Assembly (NCBI GenBank): GCA_010093605.1
Contig: MU004202.1
Location: 197,560 to 261,559, forward strand
Origin: Lophium mytilinum
Lineage: Eukaryota
Direction of reading: 5' to 3'
DNA: 64,000 nt
In this document: in pieces, positions 35,676-49,500 of the stretch
Layout of the letters: each line of letters starts with the position of its first letter
How positions within the stretch are numbered: the first letter of the stretch is position 1
Translations under genes and position numbers: made by a program
Notes under the pieces: generated by a model
The model's input: only the letters and a program-made list of their open reading frames with translations
Databases searched by the model: none
What the model was told of the DNA's origin: nothing

Positions 35676-35873
35676 GACTGTGTCACACAGACCCCCTCGC
35701 CACCCCCAAAACCCTATCCTGCTCGCCCGACGCCGCTGTGAGGAGGACCCCCGTGAGCCAGCATTCTCTTCGTCAAAGAGTCGCCCAATTTCAACTCTAC
35801 TGACCTTTCCATCGTACTCAAAGTTTCGAAAGCCCATCAAGCCGCCGTATACAGTTGCAAAGAGCGCCCCCAT

Positions 35874-37804
35874 CTACAACGCCCCCCCAAGCACCCTCAC
35901 AACCCACATCGCCAACCGCACCGTCACACCCACCCTCCTCTCCGGCTTCTCAAACTCCTCCCGCCCCACCGTCTTCGCGTACTCCTGTAACCAACCCTCT
36001 TCCGCTCTTAGCTTCCGCTTCAACCCCTCCTCCCCCGTCACAATCGCCACCCCGGCCTCGATATCCAGCTCATAGCTCCGCTTCGTGTAGTTACTGCTCC
36101 CCACTATACTCACGCTCGGCCCCACCGCCTCCTCCCCCGGCAGCGTCACCCAGATCCCCTTCGCGTGGTACGTCCACCCGCCCGCCTCGTTGACGATCCC
36201 ACGCTTCCACTCCTTCAGCTCGATGCGCTCGCTTTGCCCGGAGTGTCTCACGTAGTCGAGGAAGCGCCGGGCTAGTAGCGTGTACGCGGCGGGCAGCATG
36301 CCGGAGACGCCGGGGGAGTTGTAGAAGCCGTTGGCGTGGGGGTGGGCGGCGAGGACGGTGGCGTGGGCGGGGCGGGTGGCGAGGAGGAGGCGGCGCAGGG
36401 CGGGGGTCATGTTGAAGTAGCCCGCGGTAAAGGTCCAGCGGGAGTGGGCGAAGGCGGGGGTGGAGAGGAGGCGGAGGAGGGTGTGGATGGCGGGTTGTTC
36501 GGTGGAGGTGTCGGGGTGGAGGAGGGGGGTTAGTTGGAGGAGGGGGTAGATGAGGGTTTTGGAGGGGGATGAGGTGGGAGGGGAGGGGAGGGATGGGGAG
36601 TTCGAGGGGGTGAGGAGGGGGGATAGGGCGGTGGTGGCGGCGGATTTGAAGGCGCGCGGGTTTTCGAGAGGGGATGGCGAGGGGTTGGTTGTTGGCCAGG
36701 CCATGGTGTAGCCTGCGGGATCTGAGGATGGCTCGATGAGGTAGCTGAGGCTGCAGACGGTGGAGTGGATTTTGGAGAAGTAGGAGGTTATTTCTGCAGA
36801 GGAGAAGACGTGGTAGCGGTCTTGGCGATTGGTGAAGTAGTCGTCTGAGAGATTGGCTCTGGAGTTGTATCAGTATACGGTTGTCATAAGAAAAGGGGAC
36901 TGGAACTAGAACTGCGTACCCAGAAATAATCAGTTCCTCGTCAACGCCGTAGAGTTTCATATGCTGAAGGCCCCAGCCTTCATTGATTCGACGAGGGATG
37001 ACCTTCTTCCGCACACCGGTGAGGTTAGGAGTGTGGAACATCCTAATCTCCACTCTCTTGGGGCCAAACTCAGCCACAAGGGGAACAAGGAGAGAGGCGC
37101 AAGATGGTAATGGTGTTTCCCGAGTGCCACGTAGCGCATCTGTCAAAAACGAAACTTGAAGGTTGGGATTCTTCAGGAGCGCTTCGCGGATTGTAGAAAT
37201 CTGGGATCATCAGCGGGAATACCGATGAAGGAGAGAGAAATCATACAAGCTCATGCTCGGTCTTCCCAATGTAAAGAGTGGAGAGGTATATCCTCCGCCG
37301 TGCTTTTCGAATTTTGGCCTGGTGTGACGCGTTAGATCCTTGCGAAATCGAACTCAGCGAATGATGCCATGATATGGCCTTTTATGGACTTGCAACGAGA
37401 GGTTCGAATCACTTCTACAAACGAATTGAAAATGAAAAGGAGAGAGAAGGATTTTCTCCAAGAAAACGGGTGGACAAATTCATGGAAACATAGTACTTCA
37501 AGACTTTAAGGGTCTGATATGCAGGATATGAAAAGTGACTGACTTTGAGAGTTTCGTAGAATTCAGTAGGAGACTTCAGAATCTCGATCTGGGACTGTTG
37601 AATCTCAAACCTGGGTGATATCTTGTCTAGTTCCGTTGTGATAGCTCCTAGTAAGGACGAGTTGGACTGGGGAGTCGGTGCTGCCATTGAAGGGGCGCTG
37701 GATGCTGAGAATTTCCTCGACGACAATCTTCGAACAGGCCTCCGATACCCAAGAGCCAGTATGCTCCTAGGGCGAGAGTATCTTGTAATGCTCCGAACTA
37801 TCAT
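35874..37804 (-). CDS. PGS1: Phosphatidylglycerophosphate synthase (PLD superfamily), mitochondrial; introns 37319-37543, 37201-37246, 36859-36919
   Basis: PTEFYETLK/AKIRKARRRIYLSTLYIG, LTDALRGTR, NEGWGLQHMKLYGVD, SGANLSDDYFTNRQDRY, FTAGYFN, GWTYHAKGIW, VGSSNYTKRS. Confidence 0.95.
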
Positions 37805-37972
37805 CCTTCTTCAGATTCAATGGTTTAAGTGCTGCATAGGTACTACTTGAGATGGGATGGATTGTTTTGGTAGGGAGGCGAGCTAGTCTCGTTTTGACCA
37901 CGCTAGTGAGTCCTTGGCATTGATGCCAACATCGCGAGAGCTTCATCCCAAACTCTAGAGCAACGTCAAGCC

Positions 37973-38773
37973 ATGTCTACCATACTGAGGACGTTGCGGA
38001 ACCTACGCAAGGTTGGAATTAGGGTACCTATCCCCAATTGAGTGCCTGCCGCCCTCTCACTAACATACGTTCCAGGACTATGCCCACCAGCTTCAGGTAC
38101 TTACCCCTCCGGCCCCGACCAACAGGAATAATGGCGCTAAGCAGATCTTTGCGGGCCTTTAGCACATCGGTGGGTGATACATAAGTTATTCTTAGAGGAG
38201 CAGATTGGCTGACCCAGCTCCAGGCGACACGAAAGCCGGAACCTTCATCGCCAAAGACCGCTGGGGCAATAAGTATTTCGAGAATCTGGAGCAGGAGCTG
38301 CCCTGTCAGTAGACCGAGAATCATACGGGGAACTTCAATTGACTGTTGGATGCAGTGAGAACTCGATGGGTGGACTACAAGGATCATGAATTCGACCCGT
38401 GAGTGTCCAGTGCTGGAACGAAAGAACGGCAGAGGCTAATGCGTCATTTCTAAGGTCACAAATCGAGCCGGGATGGTATGGATAGCTCCAGTGCGCCTGG
38501 AGTCTCCCAAGATGATCTAACAACTCTTCTAGGCATGCCTGGATGTCCTACATGGTCGACAAACCTCCAACCGAAGATCCGATTCTACAACGCCGAGTCC
38601 GCGACTGGGAGCCCAAGGAGCATCGACCTACGTTGACATGGAGCCGCTCGGGGTACAAGCCGTACAGCACGTATGTGACTGGAGAAGATGATACTATGAC
38701 ACATAGCTAACCTCTTCACAGCGTCAAGCCCAAGTACTCTGGTTGGACCCCGGTTGCGAAGGCGCGGCAGTAA
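37973..38773 (+). CDS. NDUFA12: Complex I subunit NDUFA12 (B17.2/N7BM); 8 exons: 37973-38023, 38076-38096, 38163-38169, 38224-38304, 38356-38398, 38455-38475, 38533-38670, 38722-38773
   Basis: Splicing gives MSTILRTLRNLRKVGIRDYAHQLQHIGDTKAGTFIAKDRWGNKYFENLEQELPLRTRWVDYKDHEFDPSQIEPGWHAWMSYMVDKPP..YKPYSTVKPKYSGWTP; not captured by the ORF track. Confidence 0.93.
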
Positions 38774-40161
38774 AACAGGCGGCGGATGTGGGAGCTGGAC
38801 AGCTGACATCTGGACATGTAAATAGCAGCAATGCATACTCGTTAGCCGAAACTTGATGTCCTTCCCTTTCTGACCCGACGGGTCCAGGTCAAGTGCGGCT
38901 GTGATCAGCGCTACACATATGACTCTGCGCCATTGAAGGACCATCTGACGGTTACTCAATGGAGGGGCTCTACATTCACCTTGTCAATCGCGAGGTATCA
39001 TGGCGACTGAATCTATATTTCTACAAACTAGGATTTTTATGTGTGACGCTCTGCCAGCTTCTCGTGGAACGCACATCAAACATCCTAGATGATTCGTCAA
39101 TTCCAGCGAGAACGACGCCGGGGTTTCGAGAACCAGGCTAATCCAATGAAGTAAGGCCAGTAGAAGTGGATACTGATAGCAATGCAAACCCACAAGCGTG
39201 CATGCGATCGCCTAACTCTTTGCGAATATCGCTCCAGGGTCTCCCATGGGGTACTTCCGATCACACCGCAAAAGTTCCGAAGCACATCAGGAGTTCGGTA
39301 GGCCTTCAATTTAGTTCATGATAGCTTGAGTGTCCGCAACAAGTCTGCCTACGCTATCGTCCATCAGGTCGTCTTGTCAGCCGCCAAAAACGGGTTCGCA
39401 TCAGTACAGGACAAGCTTTGCGCGGCAACGACTCCGCTCATGGATGGGGAATGGGTTGCGCGGCATGACTCAGAAAGCGGTGTGCTTCTTGGCCTGCTGT
39501 GCCTCCCGGTGAGAAATAGCGATACAGACTCTGCAGCAATGGGTAGTTCTAGTGTCTACAGCTCAGATTCTAGTGACTCAAAGACAACTCATAAATGCTG
39601 GTCGCCGTTGAGAAGGGTGTTGTGTGACAATTGATTGTTTCTCAAGTGTGCCGTTTGACAAAGCCACAGCGCGTGGATCCCGTTAGTTCTACAACGCGGC
39701 AAGCATCCGACGCGGTGGAAGGGCCTGCACGATACAGGAAGCCGGAAAGTGGAGGGGCGAGGTTCCTGCACGTGAGCAATTCATAATCCTCATCCGAAGG
39801 CTATTCATTGCCGCACATTCAGAGCTGATTACAGCGAGGTACGGCGCAGTGCTACATTTGCATCCTTTGAGGTCTGAATAACGTTTGAGTGTTTCAAAAG
39901 AAAACGCCCTCGGCAACGGCTAGCTCTGGAAGACGTCACGGTTCTTGCCCTAGCAAAACGACGGCCTCTTCGCTCGAGCGCAAACACCACTCACCCTCTT
40001 CCGCTGCATCTCCACGCTCCCCCGGCTGCAGCTGTGTCCGTCATTCCTCCGGCACATTGATTATTTCTCTAATGCCATCCCCATCGAGTTTATGACCAAT
40101 TGCGAAAACACCAGCTTCAGAGGTCTTCTGCCCCGCTGAATAAGAGCTCTTGCTGGTGGCC

Positions 40162-43100
40162 ATGTTCGCCCATTGCAAAGGCCCGACCTGGGAAGCCGAC
40201 GACTTCTCGAGGTGTTTTGAGCAGGAGTATGTTTACTCCTAGAGCTAGTAACCCAATACTGATACGGTGCACCTTTATAGCTATCTCCAGTCCCTGTTCC
40301 CGCTCATCGTTATTGGAATATCCATCCTCTACCTCTCCTTCCAAGTATACCAAGAAACCAAACAATCCAGGCACTCGGCCTATGCAAAGATCCAGAATCA
40401 GTACAATGCCTGGGATATACCTGCTCCCGTCACCTACGGAGTCCACCCCGAATCCGATGATGAAGACACCGATACGGACAGCGAGCTGGAGCGCAACGAG
40501 CCCCTCGCCCTCCACCCAACCATAAGTCGAACCGCACAATCTACTGTGAAGGTTGACAAGCCAAGGGGCGAGGTTTTCGTCGTGGTTCTGGAAGAGTTGG
40601 GAGTTCTTGCAGAATTAGGAGTACATGTCGCGGTGCTGTTGACTGGAACCTGGGGACACAAGGGGAGAATCGCGGCCATTTCTAGCGTTGCTGTATGGAC
40701 ATACGTTGCAGTCCTTGCTTCATTGCGCCTGCTGTTCTCCAGCTCTGGCCGCTTTTCGTTCCCTCGACTTTGGTATCATACGGCTTTTATCTACGGCTTC
40801 CAATGGCTTTTCACCGTCTTAATATTCCGGTCCGCCATCATACACCCTCGATCGACCCTCTCGCAACATCTCGCATTTGCCGAGTTTGCATTGACGACTC
40901 TGCTGTTTTTCATCGCCATGACATCTAGAAAGGGAAACAAGGCTGTGGAGTTAGAATATGAAGGGGATATTAAGCCTGCGCAGGAACCCAGGGCGAGTGT
41001 CTTATCATTGGCAACCTTTGCATGGGTAGACTCCATCGTCTGGGTGGGATATATGAAAACCTACGAGCTGGCCGACGTCTGGAATCTTCCTCCAAAGGAC
41101 AAGGCTGCATCGCTGCTCGCGGAATACCGACAAGTCAAAAAGACGTCAATCCTTGCGTACCACTTGGTCAAATACTTCAAGCGAGGCCTTATCATCCAAG
41201 CAGGTTGGGCCGCTATCGGCGGCTTTCTTACTTTCGCGCCGACGCTGCTTCTAAAGGCTATTCTGGAGTACATGGAGAAGCCGGAATATACCCCTCGGAA
41301 CGCCGCCTGGTTTTATGTCATTCTGCTTTTCGTTTCAGGCTGCGCTTCAGCTTTGGCTGATGGGCAAGCGCTTTGGTTGGGTCGCAAGATCTGTATCAGA
41401 ATTCGGGCTGTCATTATCGGAGAAATATATGCCAAGGCTCTGAAGCGAAGAGCCGCTGCAGGTGCTGATAAGATTCTTGGGCAAGAGAAAGAGAAAAAGA
41501 AAGAGAAGACTGCGAGGCCCAAAGCCCTAAAACGAATGATGACGTTTGGTAGACGAAAGAAGAAGACTACGGAAGATGTCAAATCTCAGCAGCCTGACGA
41601 AGAGAAGTCCGACTCGCAAGTCACCACTGGTGCAATCATCAATCTTATGGCCGTAGACGCCTTCAAAGTCAGCGAGATTTGCGCCTACTTGCATTTCCTT
41701 TGGGCAAATACTCCCGTGCAACTCGTCGTGGCCATTGTTTTGCTCTATCGTATTCTTGGATACAGCTCAATTGCTGGAATAGGCACAATGGCGCTACTTC
41801 TACCTGTCAATATCTGGATCTCAAGACAATTTTCGAAGATGCAGAAGCTTATTTCTGCGGCTACTGATGCCAGAATCCACACAACTAACGAAGTCCTGAC
41901 CAACATTCGAATCATCAAGTATTTTGCGTGGGAGCAACGATACATGGGCTTAGTCGATGAGAAGCGTACCGTTGAACTGAAATACTTGCGTAAACGGTAT
42001 ATCCTTTGGGCGCTCGCTGCGACAGTGTGGTCAGGGGCACCAGTACTCATTACATTTTTGTCGTTCATGGTTTTCACGATGATTGAAAAGAAAGACCTCG
42101 TTCCATCTGTCGCATTCACGGCTTTGTCCCTCTTCCAAATTCTGAGAATTCCGTTGGACCAGCTGGCAGATATGCTTGCCCATGTTCTAGAGTCTAAGGT
42201 GTCGGTCGACCGTATTGAAGAGTACTTGAACGAGCCTGAAACGGAAAAATATATGCAACTCAAAAACGAGGAGAGGGATGACCACAATCAGCCCGTCATT
42301 GGATTTGAAGATGGTACCTTCAGCTGGGGAGGGAAGGATATGGAGAACCAGGACGCCCAGGACGCCTTCAAACTGATGGATCTGAATGTCAAATTCCGTG
42401 TCGGGGAGTTGAATGTCATTGTGGGCCCTACTGGATCTGGAAAGACCTCTGTTTTAATGGCGCTTCTTGGAGAAATGACAAAACTGAAGGGCGACGTCTA
42501 TCTTCCAGGCGGTCGAAGCAGAGAGGACGTTCCCTCGGATCCCGAGACTGGTCTTACCGAAACAGTTGCCTACTGTGCTCAGCAGGCCTGGCTGGTCAAT
42601 GCCACGATCAAGGACAATATCGTCTTTGCCAGTGAGTGGGACGCAAAACGCTACAAGGATGTACTGGTGGCTTGCTCTCTCCAGAGAGATCTTGAGATCC
42701 TGGACGCTGGCGACCAAACCCTTGTGGGAGAGAAGGGTGTCAGTCTTTCGGGCGGTCAGAAACAACGGATATCCCTCGCTCGTGCGTTGTACAGCCAAGC
42801 CCGCCACGTACTCCTTGACGACGTTCTGAGCGCCGTAGACGCCCATACTGCCAAATGGATCTTTGACAAAGCGATCATGGGCCCACTCATGTATCACCGG
42901 ACTTGCATTCTTGTCACGCACAACGTGAGCTTATGTCTACCTCAATGCGAGTACGCCATGTTAGTAGATAATGGTAGGGTGACTGCACACGGCCCTCCGA
43001 AGCAGGTAGTCGCCTCCGGAAAACTCAGCGAGGACATCTCCAAATCCATGCCAGCTTCGAGAATAGCCTCAAGGATTCCATCTCGAGTACCATCTGATGT

Positions 43101-45458
43101 TGGTGGTGAGGAGGCCAACGGTGAAGTAAGCCATAAGAACGGTGGAACGAATGGAACCGCGAACGGTTCAACTGGACCGAAGAAAGACATGCCCGGCAGC
43201 AATACCCACGAGGAAAAGAAGGCTGAAGGAGGAGTGAAGCTCGGCATCATCATGCTCTATTTGCGAGCCATGGGGACTTGGTACTACTGGCTGGGCGCTG
43301 GCGCAATCTTTGCGGCTCAGCAAGCGTCTTCTGTGGCAACCAATGTTTGGATCCGGACGTGGGCGAATGCTTATAACGAGAAAGAAGTTCGCTCGATGAG
43401 CACACATCATGACTCTCCGCTCACTCATGTTAACGGCATCAGCGGGTTAGGCACTTGTCTTAGCAGCGGCACTTGTGCTTGGCCTCTACCGTTCTCGCCC
43501 TCGAACCAGTCGAAACACCAATACGTAGCTCAAAGTACTCAAGGTTCGATGAACGTCGACGCAGGATACTACTTGGGTGCATATGCTGTGCTCGGATTGG
43601 TCTTCATGGTCATCACAATGGTCAGAGAAGGTGTCCTATTCGCCGGATCGCTTTCCGCATCTCGAAGGATCCATCAGCGGCTCATGGGGTCTGTAACTCA
43701 TGCCAAGTTCCGCTTCTTCGATTCTACACCGCTAGGACAGCTGATGAACAGATTTTCGAAAGACATCGAGTCTGTGGACCAGGAGATTGCGCCAGTTGCC
43801 GTAGGAGTCGTCCATTGCTTGTTTTCTATAATCACCATTGTCATCCTCATCTCTGTCATTACTCCTGGCTTCCTTATTGCTGGCGTATTCATCACAATCC
43901 TCTACGTGTTGATTGGCAAGTTCTACATCAACTCCTCAAGAGACTTAAAGCGCCTTGAGTCGGTCAATCGCAGTCCTCTTTATCAGCAATTCGGAGAAAC
44001 GTTGTCCGGAATGACTACCATTCGAGCCTATGGAGACGAAAGGCGCTTCATTCGAGAGAATCTTACCCGCATAAACACTCAGCATCGACCGTTCATCTAC
44101 TTGTGGGCAGCTAACCGCTGGCTTGCTTTCCGTGTTGATGTGGTTGGTGCCCTAGTATCTTTCTTTGCCGGCATTTTCGTCATCATAAGCGTTGGCAAGA
44201 TCGATGCCGGTTCTGCGGGTCTCGCGATGACTTACGCAGTGACATTTACTGAGAACGTTCTCTGGTTCGTGCGGCTGTACTCAGCCAATGAGCAGAACAT
44301 GAACTCGGTTGAGCGTATCAAGGAGTATCTCGATGTTGACCAAGAGGCTGCGCCTATCGTTCCGGATAACAGACCAGCTGCAAATTGGCCGAGCAAAGGT
44401 TCAGTGGAGTTCATTGGATACAGTACAAGATACCGGAAAGACTTCGACTTGGTCTTGAAGAAAATCACTTTCAAGATTCTCCCTGGAGAGAAGGTTGGTG
44501 TTGTGGGACGTACTGGAGCTGGAAAGAGTTCTTTGGCACTGGCGCTCTTCCGAGCTCTCGAAGCTGAGGAGGGGAAGATCCTCGTTGATGATGTAGATGT
44601 CGGATTAATTGGACTGCAGGACTTGCGGGAGAATATTGTCATGGTACCGCAAGGTAAGTCAAGTGTCCTTGTTTGATAACCTCTGTCTAATCCATCTCAG
44701 ATCCGACTCTGTTCACTGGCACTGTGCGCAGCAATCTTGACCCCTTCGGCCTATTTACAGATGAGGAGATCTATACCGCTCTCCGGGAAGTCCATCTAAT
44801 CACCACCGCCTCCATCTCAACCACACCCGTGCCCGGCAGCCCTGGGTTGGAAGACAGCCCTATCAACCTCACCGCCACCACCGACTCATCCGCCACCCTC
44901 GTCGACGTCCCCAGCGCCGCCACCACGAACCCGGGCAGCATCATGGCCAGCACCCAGGCCTCCGAACCGACCGACGTCACCATCAACATACCAAACGGCG
45001 ACACCCCGCCTTCGCCCACCAACGCCATGACCGCCGACAACAAAAACGTCTTCAAAAACCTGCACTCCCCCATCGCCGAATCCGGCTCCAACCTCTCCCA
45101 AGGCCAGCGCCAGCTCCTCTGCCTCGCGCGCGCGCTGCTCAAAGCACCCAAAGTGCTGCTCATGGACGAGGCCACGGCGTCGATCGACTACGCGACCGAC
45201 GCGAAGATCCAGGAGACTATCCGCGAGATCAAGAACACGACGATCACGATTGCCCATCGGCTGCAGACGATTATCGATTACGATAAGGTGCTGGTGCTGG
45301 ATAAGGGCGAGGTGATTGAGTATGGGGATCCGTGGGATTTGGTGAGGAGGGAGGGGGGCGTGTTTAGGGGGATGTGTGAGACGAGTGGGGAGTTGGAGCA
45401 GTTGGAGGGGGAGGCCAGGAGGGCGTGGGAGGGGAGGAGGTTGGTGGATGATAGTTAG
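40162..45458 (+). CDS. ABCC/MRP-family ABC transporter, YBT1 (vacuolar bile-acid transporter)-like; introns 40227-40280, 44654-44700
   Basis: Two TMD-NBD halves: GPTGSGKT, LSGGQKQRISLARA, LLDD; GRTGAGKSS, LSQGQRQLLCLARA, LMDEATAS; FFDSTPLGQLMNRFSKD; extra N-terminal membrane region. Confidence 0.93.
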
Positions 45459-46092
45459 AGGGTATTGGGAGGGGGAGTGTGTTAATAATGGAGAGGGGGA
45501 GGGTGCATAGATTGGTAGATTCGTGTGAGGGGGTGAGAGGGGATGCATACTTGTATGTACATATGGCGTTTTTTGGGGTGTAGACTTTTTCATTGACTGG
45601 AGTGTTGCTGAGGACTTTGTGAGTGTGTGAGTGGGTGGTTTGGGGGGATGAAGTGGGTTGGTGGAGTGTCAGAAATACAGTATTTCGGAAAATATGTTCG
45701 CTGTGACCTTTGTTTGAGTTTGGTGAGGCGCCTGATGATGGTTCATGTTCTATGGTGAGAAACCGAGAACGTCAAGGGCTAGTGAGAATTATGGGGAATC
45801 GTTGATATTTCGTTGTGTGCGTGTTCCTTTCCGAGGGGCCTCGTGCATAGAGGCGACATCTAGCCGGACCATTTTAAGTTTTTCCAGATGACCTAGGAGT
45901 CTTGATGTATCAGTGCATACGCGCTTGACCTGCACACGGCATAGCGCTGAGTTACACGTGATGGATTCACTGCATTTAAGCTACTGGTCCGTGCGAAGCG
46001 AAGCACTAGACCGAAGAGATGGTCAACGTGCGAAGAAACGTCTTCACTCGCCCATCGATCTTGTGTAGCTACACATCCCCCTTTACTAAGCT

Positions 46093-47059
46093 ATGGAGGC
46101 CGTCCGGGAGAAACACCAGGGCCTGATTACCGGCCTAACGAAGCTGTACAACTTACTCATCTCTATGCACTACCTCTACCCTGGCGATGTTATTTATCCC
46201 CCGCACACCGAATCGATTGTGGACGTGGAGCGCCTCAAGCGCCTCGGGTTCAACGACGAGGTCATCAATGTGACTAAAGTGCTGCCTGCATTACGCCACG
46301 GCGTCGTGTGGGGTTCGGACGAGACTGAAATCGGACCCAGCAGTCACGCAGTGAACTACTTCAAACATGGGCACGATGCCATTGCGCCTCATGTCGATGA
46401 CGATATGATGGATGGCCTGCGGAACTGCGACTTCATGGGAGACGATGGGCTGCCGTCGTGGCTACTAAGAATCTCCCAAGAGAGCTACACAGTGTCAGGT
46501 GGAGTGAATCTAGTTTATAATCCTAAGGATCGTAAGTACAAGCCTCTATGTTGAGTTCGGTCTCTCACAATTGAAAGGAGGTAATTGACTGTTGTGGGTA
46601 GAGACGTTGAGGGAGTGGTTCAGTAATACACCCTGGGTTGACAGCCCTGCGCGACCCGCTGCCCTAGTTCTCGAGGAGTGGTACACCAACATCAATAGCT
46701 TGGAATGGGTGCCCCGGTACAGCGCACCAAAGCGGTACCCGTCCTCTCGAACTGTGGTACAACACCCTGCTATCCGCAATCGACTATGCTCGGGACCAGC
46801 AGGTGTTGACGAGGCGCTTCGTCTAGCCGAGTCCTGGGACGAGGGAGCCCGAAACTGCTTGAAGCTAAGCATGTGGGAATGGAGAGGCATGCAATATCTT
46901 TATAGCTTATGTGGGTGGGGCTGCGACGGACAGTTTGACGGAGATGAGTTTGAGAGGCAACGGGCTTTGCTGGAGGAGACCTACCATGACGCGATTCTCA
47001 AGGGCACAGTGAAGCAGTTCTGGGATCGTTGGGCTATGGAGAACGGGGTCTTCCTCTAG
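46093..47059 (+). CDS. Hypothetical protein, tandem paralog A; intron 46532-46601
   Basis: ORFs 46093..46554 and 46592..47059 join via a phase-1 GTAAGT..TAG intron; end-to-end similarity to paralog B. Confidence 0.75.
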
Positions 47060-47991
47060 GAACACGGAGAACAGGGCCTTATCAACGTCAATGAAAACTT
47101 TTTCACTTTGCAAGAATTATGAGTCCATCAAAACGCGTCTTCGACGTGATATACCAGACGCGTATATCTGATGAATTCCTAGGTGCTATTTTTCTAGTCG
47201 ATGACGGCAATACTACCCGGGGTACCACATCTTCCGGAATCGCCAAACGGGATGACATTACTCACGGGAACGCTCCTACCTGCGGAACGAAAGACAAACG
47301 CTACACCAGGCAGTCAGCTATCGAGAAATAGCAGAGTTGTCGAACAACAATCCGGATCTAGATAGTCAATGATGGCGGACATGCCAGTGGTAGTGTCCTA
47401 TAGAGAGCCAAAGCTTATTTTCACCGACGCTTCCCTACCGACGAAGGCAACTCGTGCCTCCGAGTGACTCAGGAGTATAAGAATGCTCACAGCAACCGCG
47501 GTAGAGACTTTTTTGGTCACTCATACTGTGCAACCTATGCCTTTCACTACGAGCCGTCCGGTAGAAGGCAAAGTCGCAATGTCAAGCCAGGGACACGTCA
47601 AGGACAGGGCTTATAGGGTTTGTTGAGGAATGGTAGGAGAAAAGAGAAGACGAATGACCTTCCGGGGACGACTCTTCGAATAATTTACACTGTCATTCAT
47701 AATCCTAAAAATATATGGAAGGTCCCCAAACAGTGGCAGACTGACGGATACTCACAGTAGCAGCTTGTGTTAGTATCGAGCGAAAGTAATATGGTAAAGC
47801 AATCACGTGGGACACGGAAGGGTGACGCTCTGATCCTAACACCAGTCTAACCAATCATAGCGGACTGTGCCGCACGGCGCGGAATATCATTTACCATATA
47901 TATTATCTGAACCTCGCGCACAAAGTCACCGAACCCGCTCACCTTCAAAGTGCATACTCATCTAGCGCAAGTACGCGCTCACCTCGACGTC

Positions 47992-49193
47992 ATGGAGGCC
48001 ATCCAAGAGAAACACCAGGGCCTCATCTCAGGCCCGACGAAGCTGTACGGGCTGCTTGTGACTATGCGCTACTTCTCCCCCAGCGACATCGTTTACCCGC
48101 CATACAACGCAACCACACCATCAATCGACGTGGAAAAACTACAGCGCTTGGGCTTCAGCGAAGAAGTTATCCAATTGACGAAGCTCCTACCCGCACCCCG
48201 TCACAGCGCTACATGGGGCCACTACCCCGAATACCGTACGGACATTGGTCCGCGGAGCTGGATAGTGAACTACTTCAAGCACAATAACGAGCCTGAACCT
48301 ACCGCCGGGGAGGAGAGAATTGAGTATCTGATGGACGGGCTGCGAGATACCCTTGGCTCAGCGTACGATGAGATGGGTCATCGGGTGGTGAAGCTGCCGT
48401 CGTGGTCCTTGAGGATTGCGGATGGAGAATTCCACGGGTTACATCTTATCTATGATACAGAACTACGTAAGCTTGGTGTCACGGATTGAAAAAAGGACTG
48501 GGCTGGACTGACTTGGTATCTATAGAGGCGCTCGTTGAAGGCATGAGCAATATCCCAGGGAGGGAATACTGGTATCCTGATCGCCCTTGGACGGCCTGCC
48601 CCCCACGCTCTGCTGTCGTCGTTCTGGAAGAGATGTATCAGAAGCTCGAGAGCCTGGAATGGGTGCCCTGGTACACGGATAATTACGATTGGGCGTTTCC
48701 GAGGCGCCACATCATCGAAAACCCCGCGAACTATACTGGAATCACTCACCAAACCCGCGATCATCCGGCGCTGAGTAAAGATCCCGATCTGGCGCTACGT
48801 CAACTTGAAGCTCTGGGTGATGAGATGGCATCTTGGTTCAAGATAGAACATTATCGATGGAGAGGAAAGACAAGGCTATTTGAGTTATGCGGATGGGGAA
48901 GTGATGCCGGATTCGACGGAGAAGAGTTCGAGATGCGGAGGACGCTGTTGGAGCAGCAGTATTTGAGAGATGTGACAGATTGGACCAGGGAAGACGAGAG
49001 TCTCCGCCCAAATTCTCCCATCGATTATCTTTCCAAAGAGTTCGAGAAGGAGCTGCGTGAATTGAACGAAGCTACGGTTCTTAGGGAGTATGAGTTCTGG
49101 GAAAAGTGGGCGATGGAGAATGGGGTCTTGCTGCAACCGGGAAACATGGGCGACACAGTGTTTCTGCCAGCTAATCGTAGCGGACAAAGATGA
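47992..49193 (+). CDS. Hypothetical protein, tandem paralog B; intron 48467-48525
   Basis: Shares MEA..EKHQGLI.G.TKLY, YPP, VNYFKH, LPSW.LRI, SLEWVP, LCGWG, FDG.EFE and WAMENGV with paralog A; same intron position and phase. Confidence 0.75.
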
Positions 49194-49500
49194 AGGGGAT
49201 CTTATCGAACGACTATGGAGTAGACTCGGCCGAGCGCCAATGAAGTCGTGTTGGGAGATAGACCTGAGCATGCACTGCCGTAATTGAATCGCCTTGGTGG
49301 TAAAACCAGATAGACTTCTGGCATACGATGATCCCATTGAAAACTCACAAATACTATAGAGAACGTGTCTTGAAGAAGCTATGTTCAAAGACCCTCGCGC
49401 TGACCGACGTGCGTGCGACTAAGACCACCGAAGAACAAAGAACTAGAAGGAGAGGTTTGAGGTCTTATAGACTGAGACTTAACAACTCGATCAAAAGAGA

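Noticed and set aside
38800..40150. Short ORFs between NDUFA12 and the ABC transporter
   Set aside because: No coding signature; consistent with promoter and UTR sequence.
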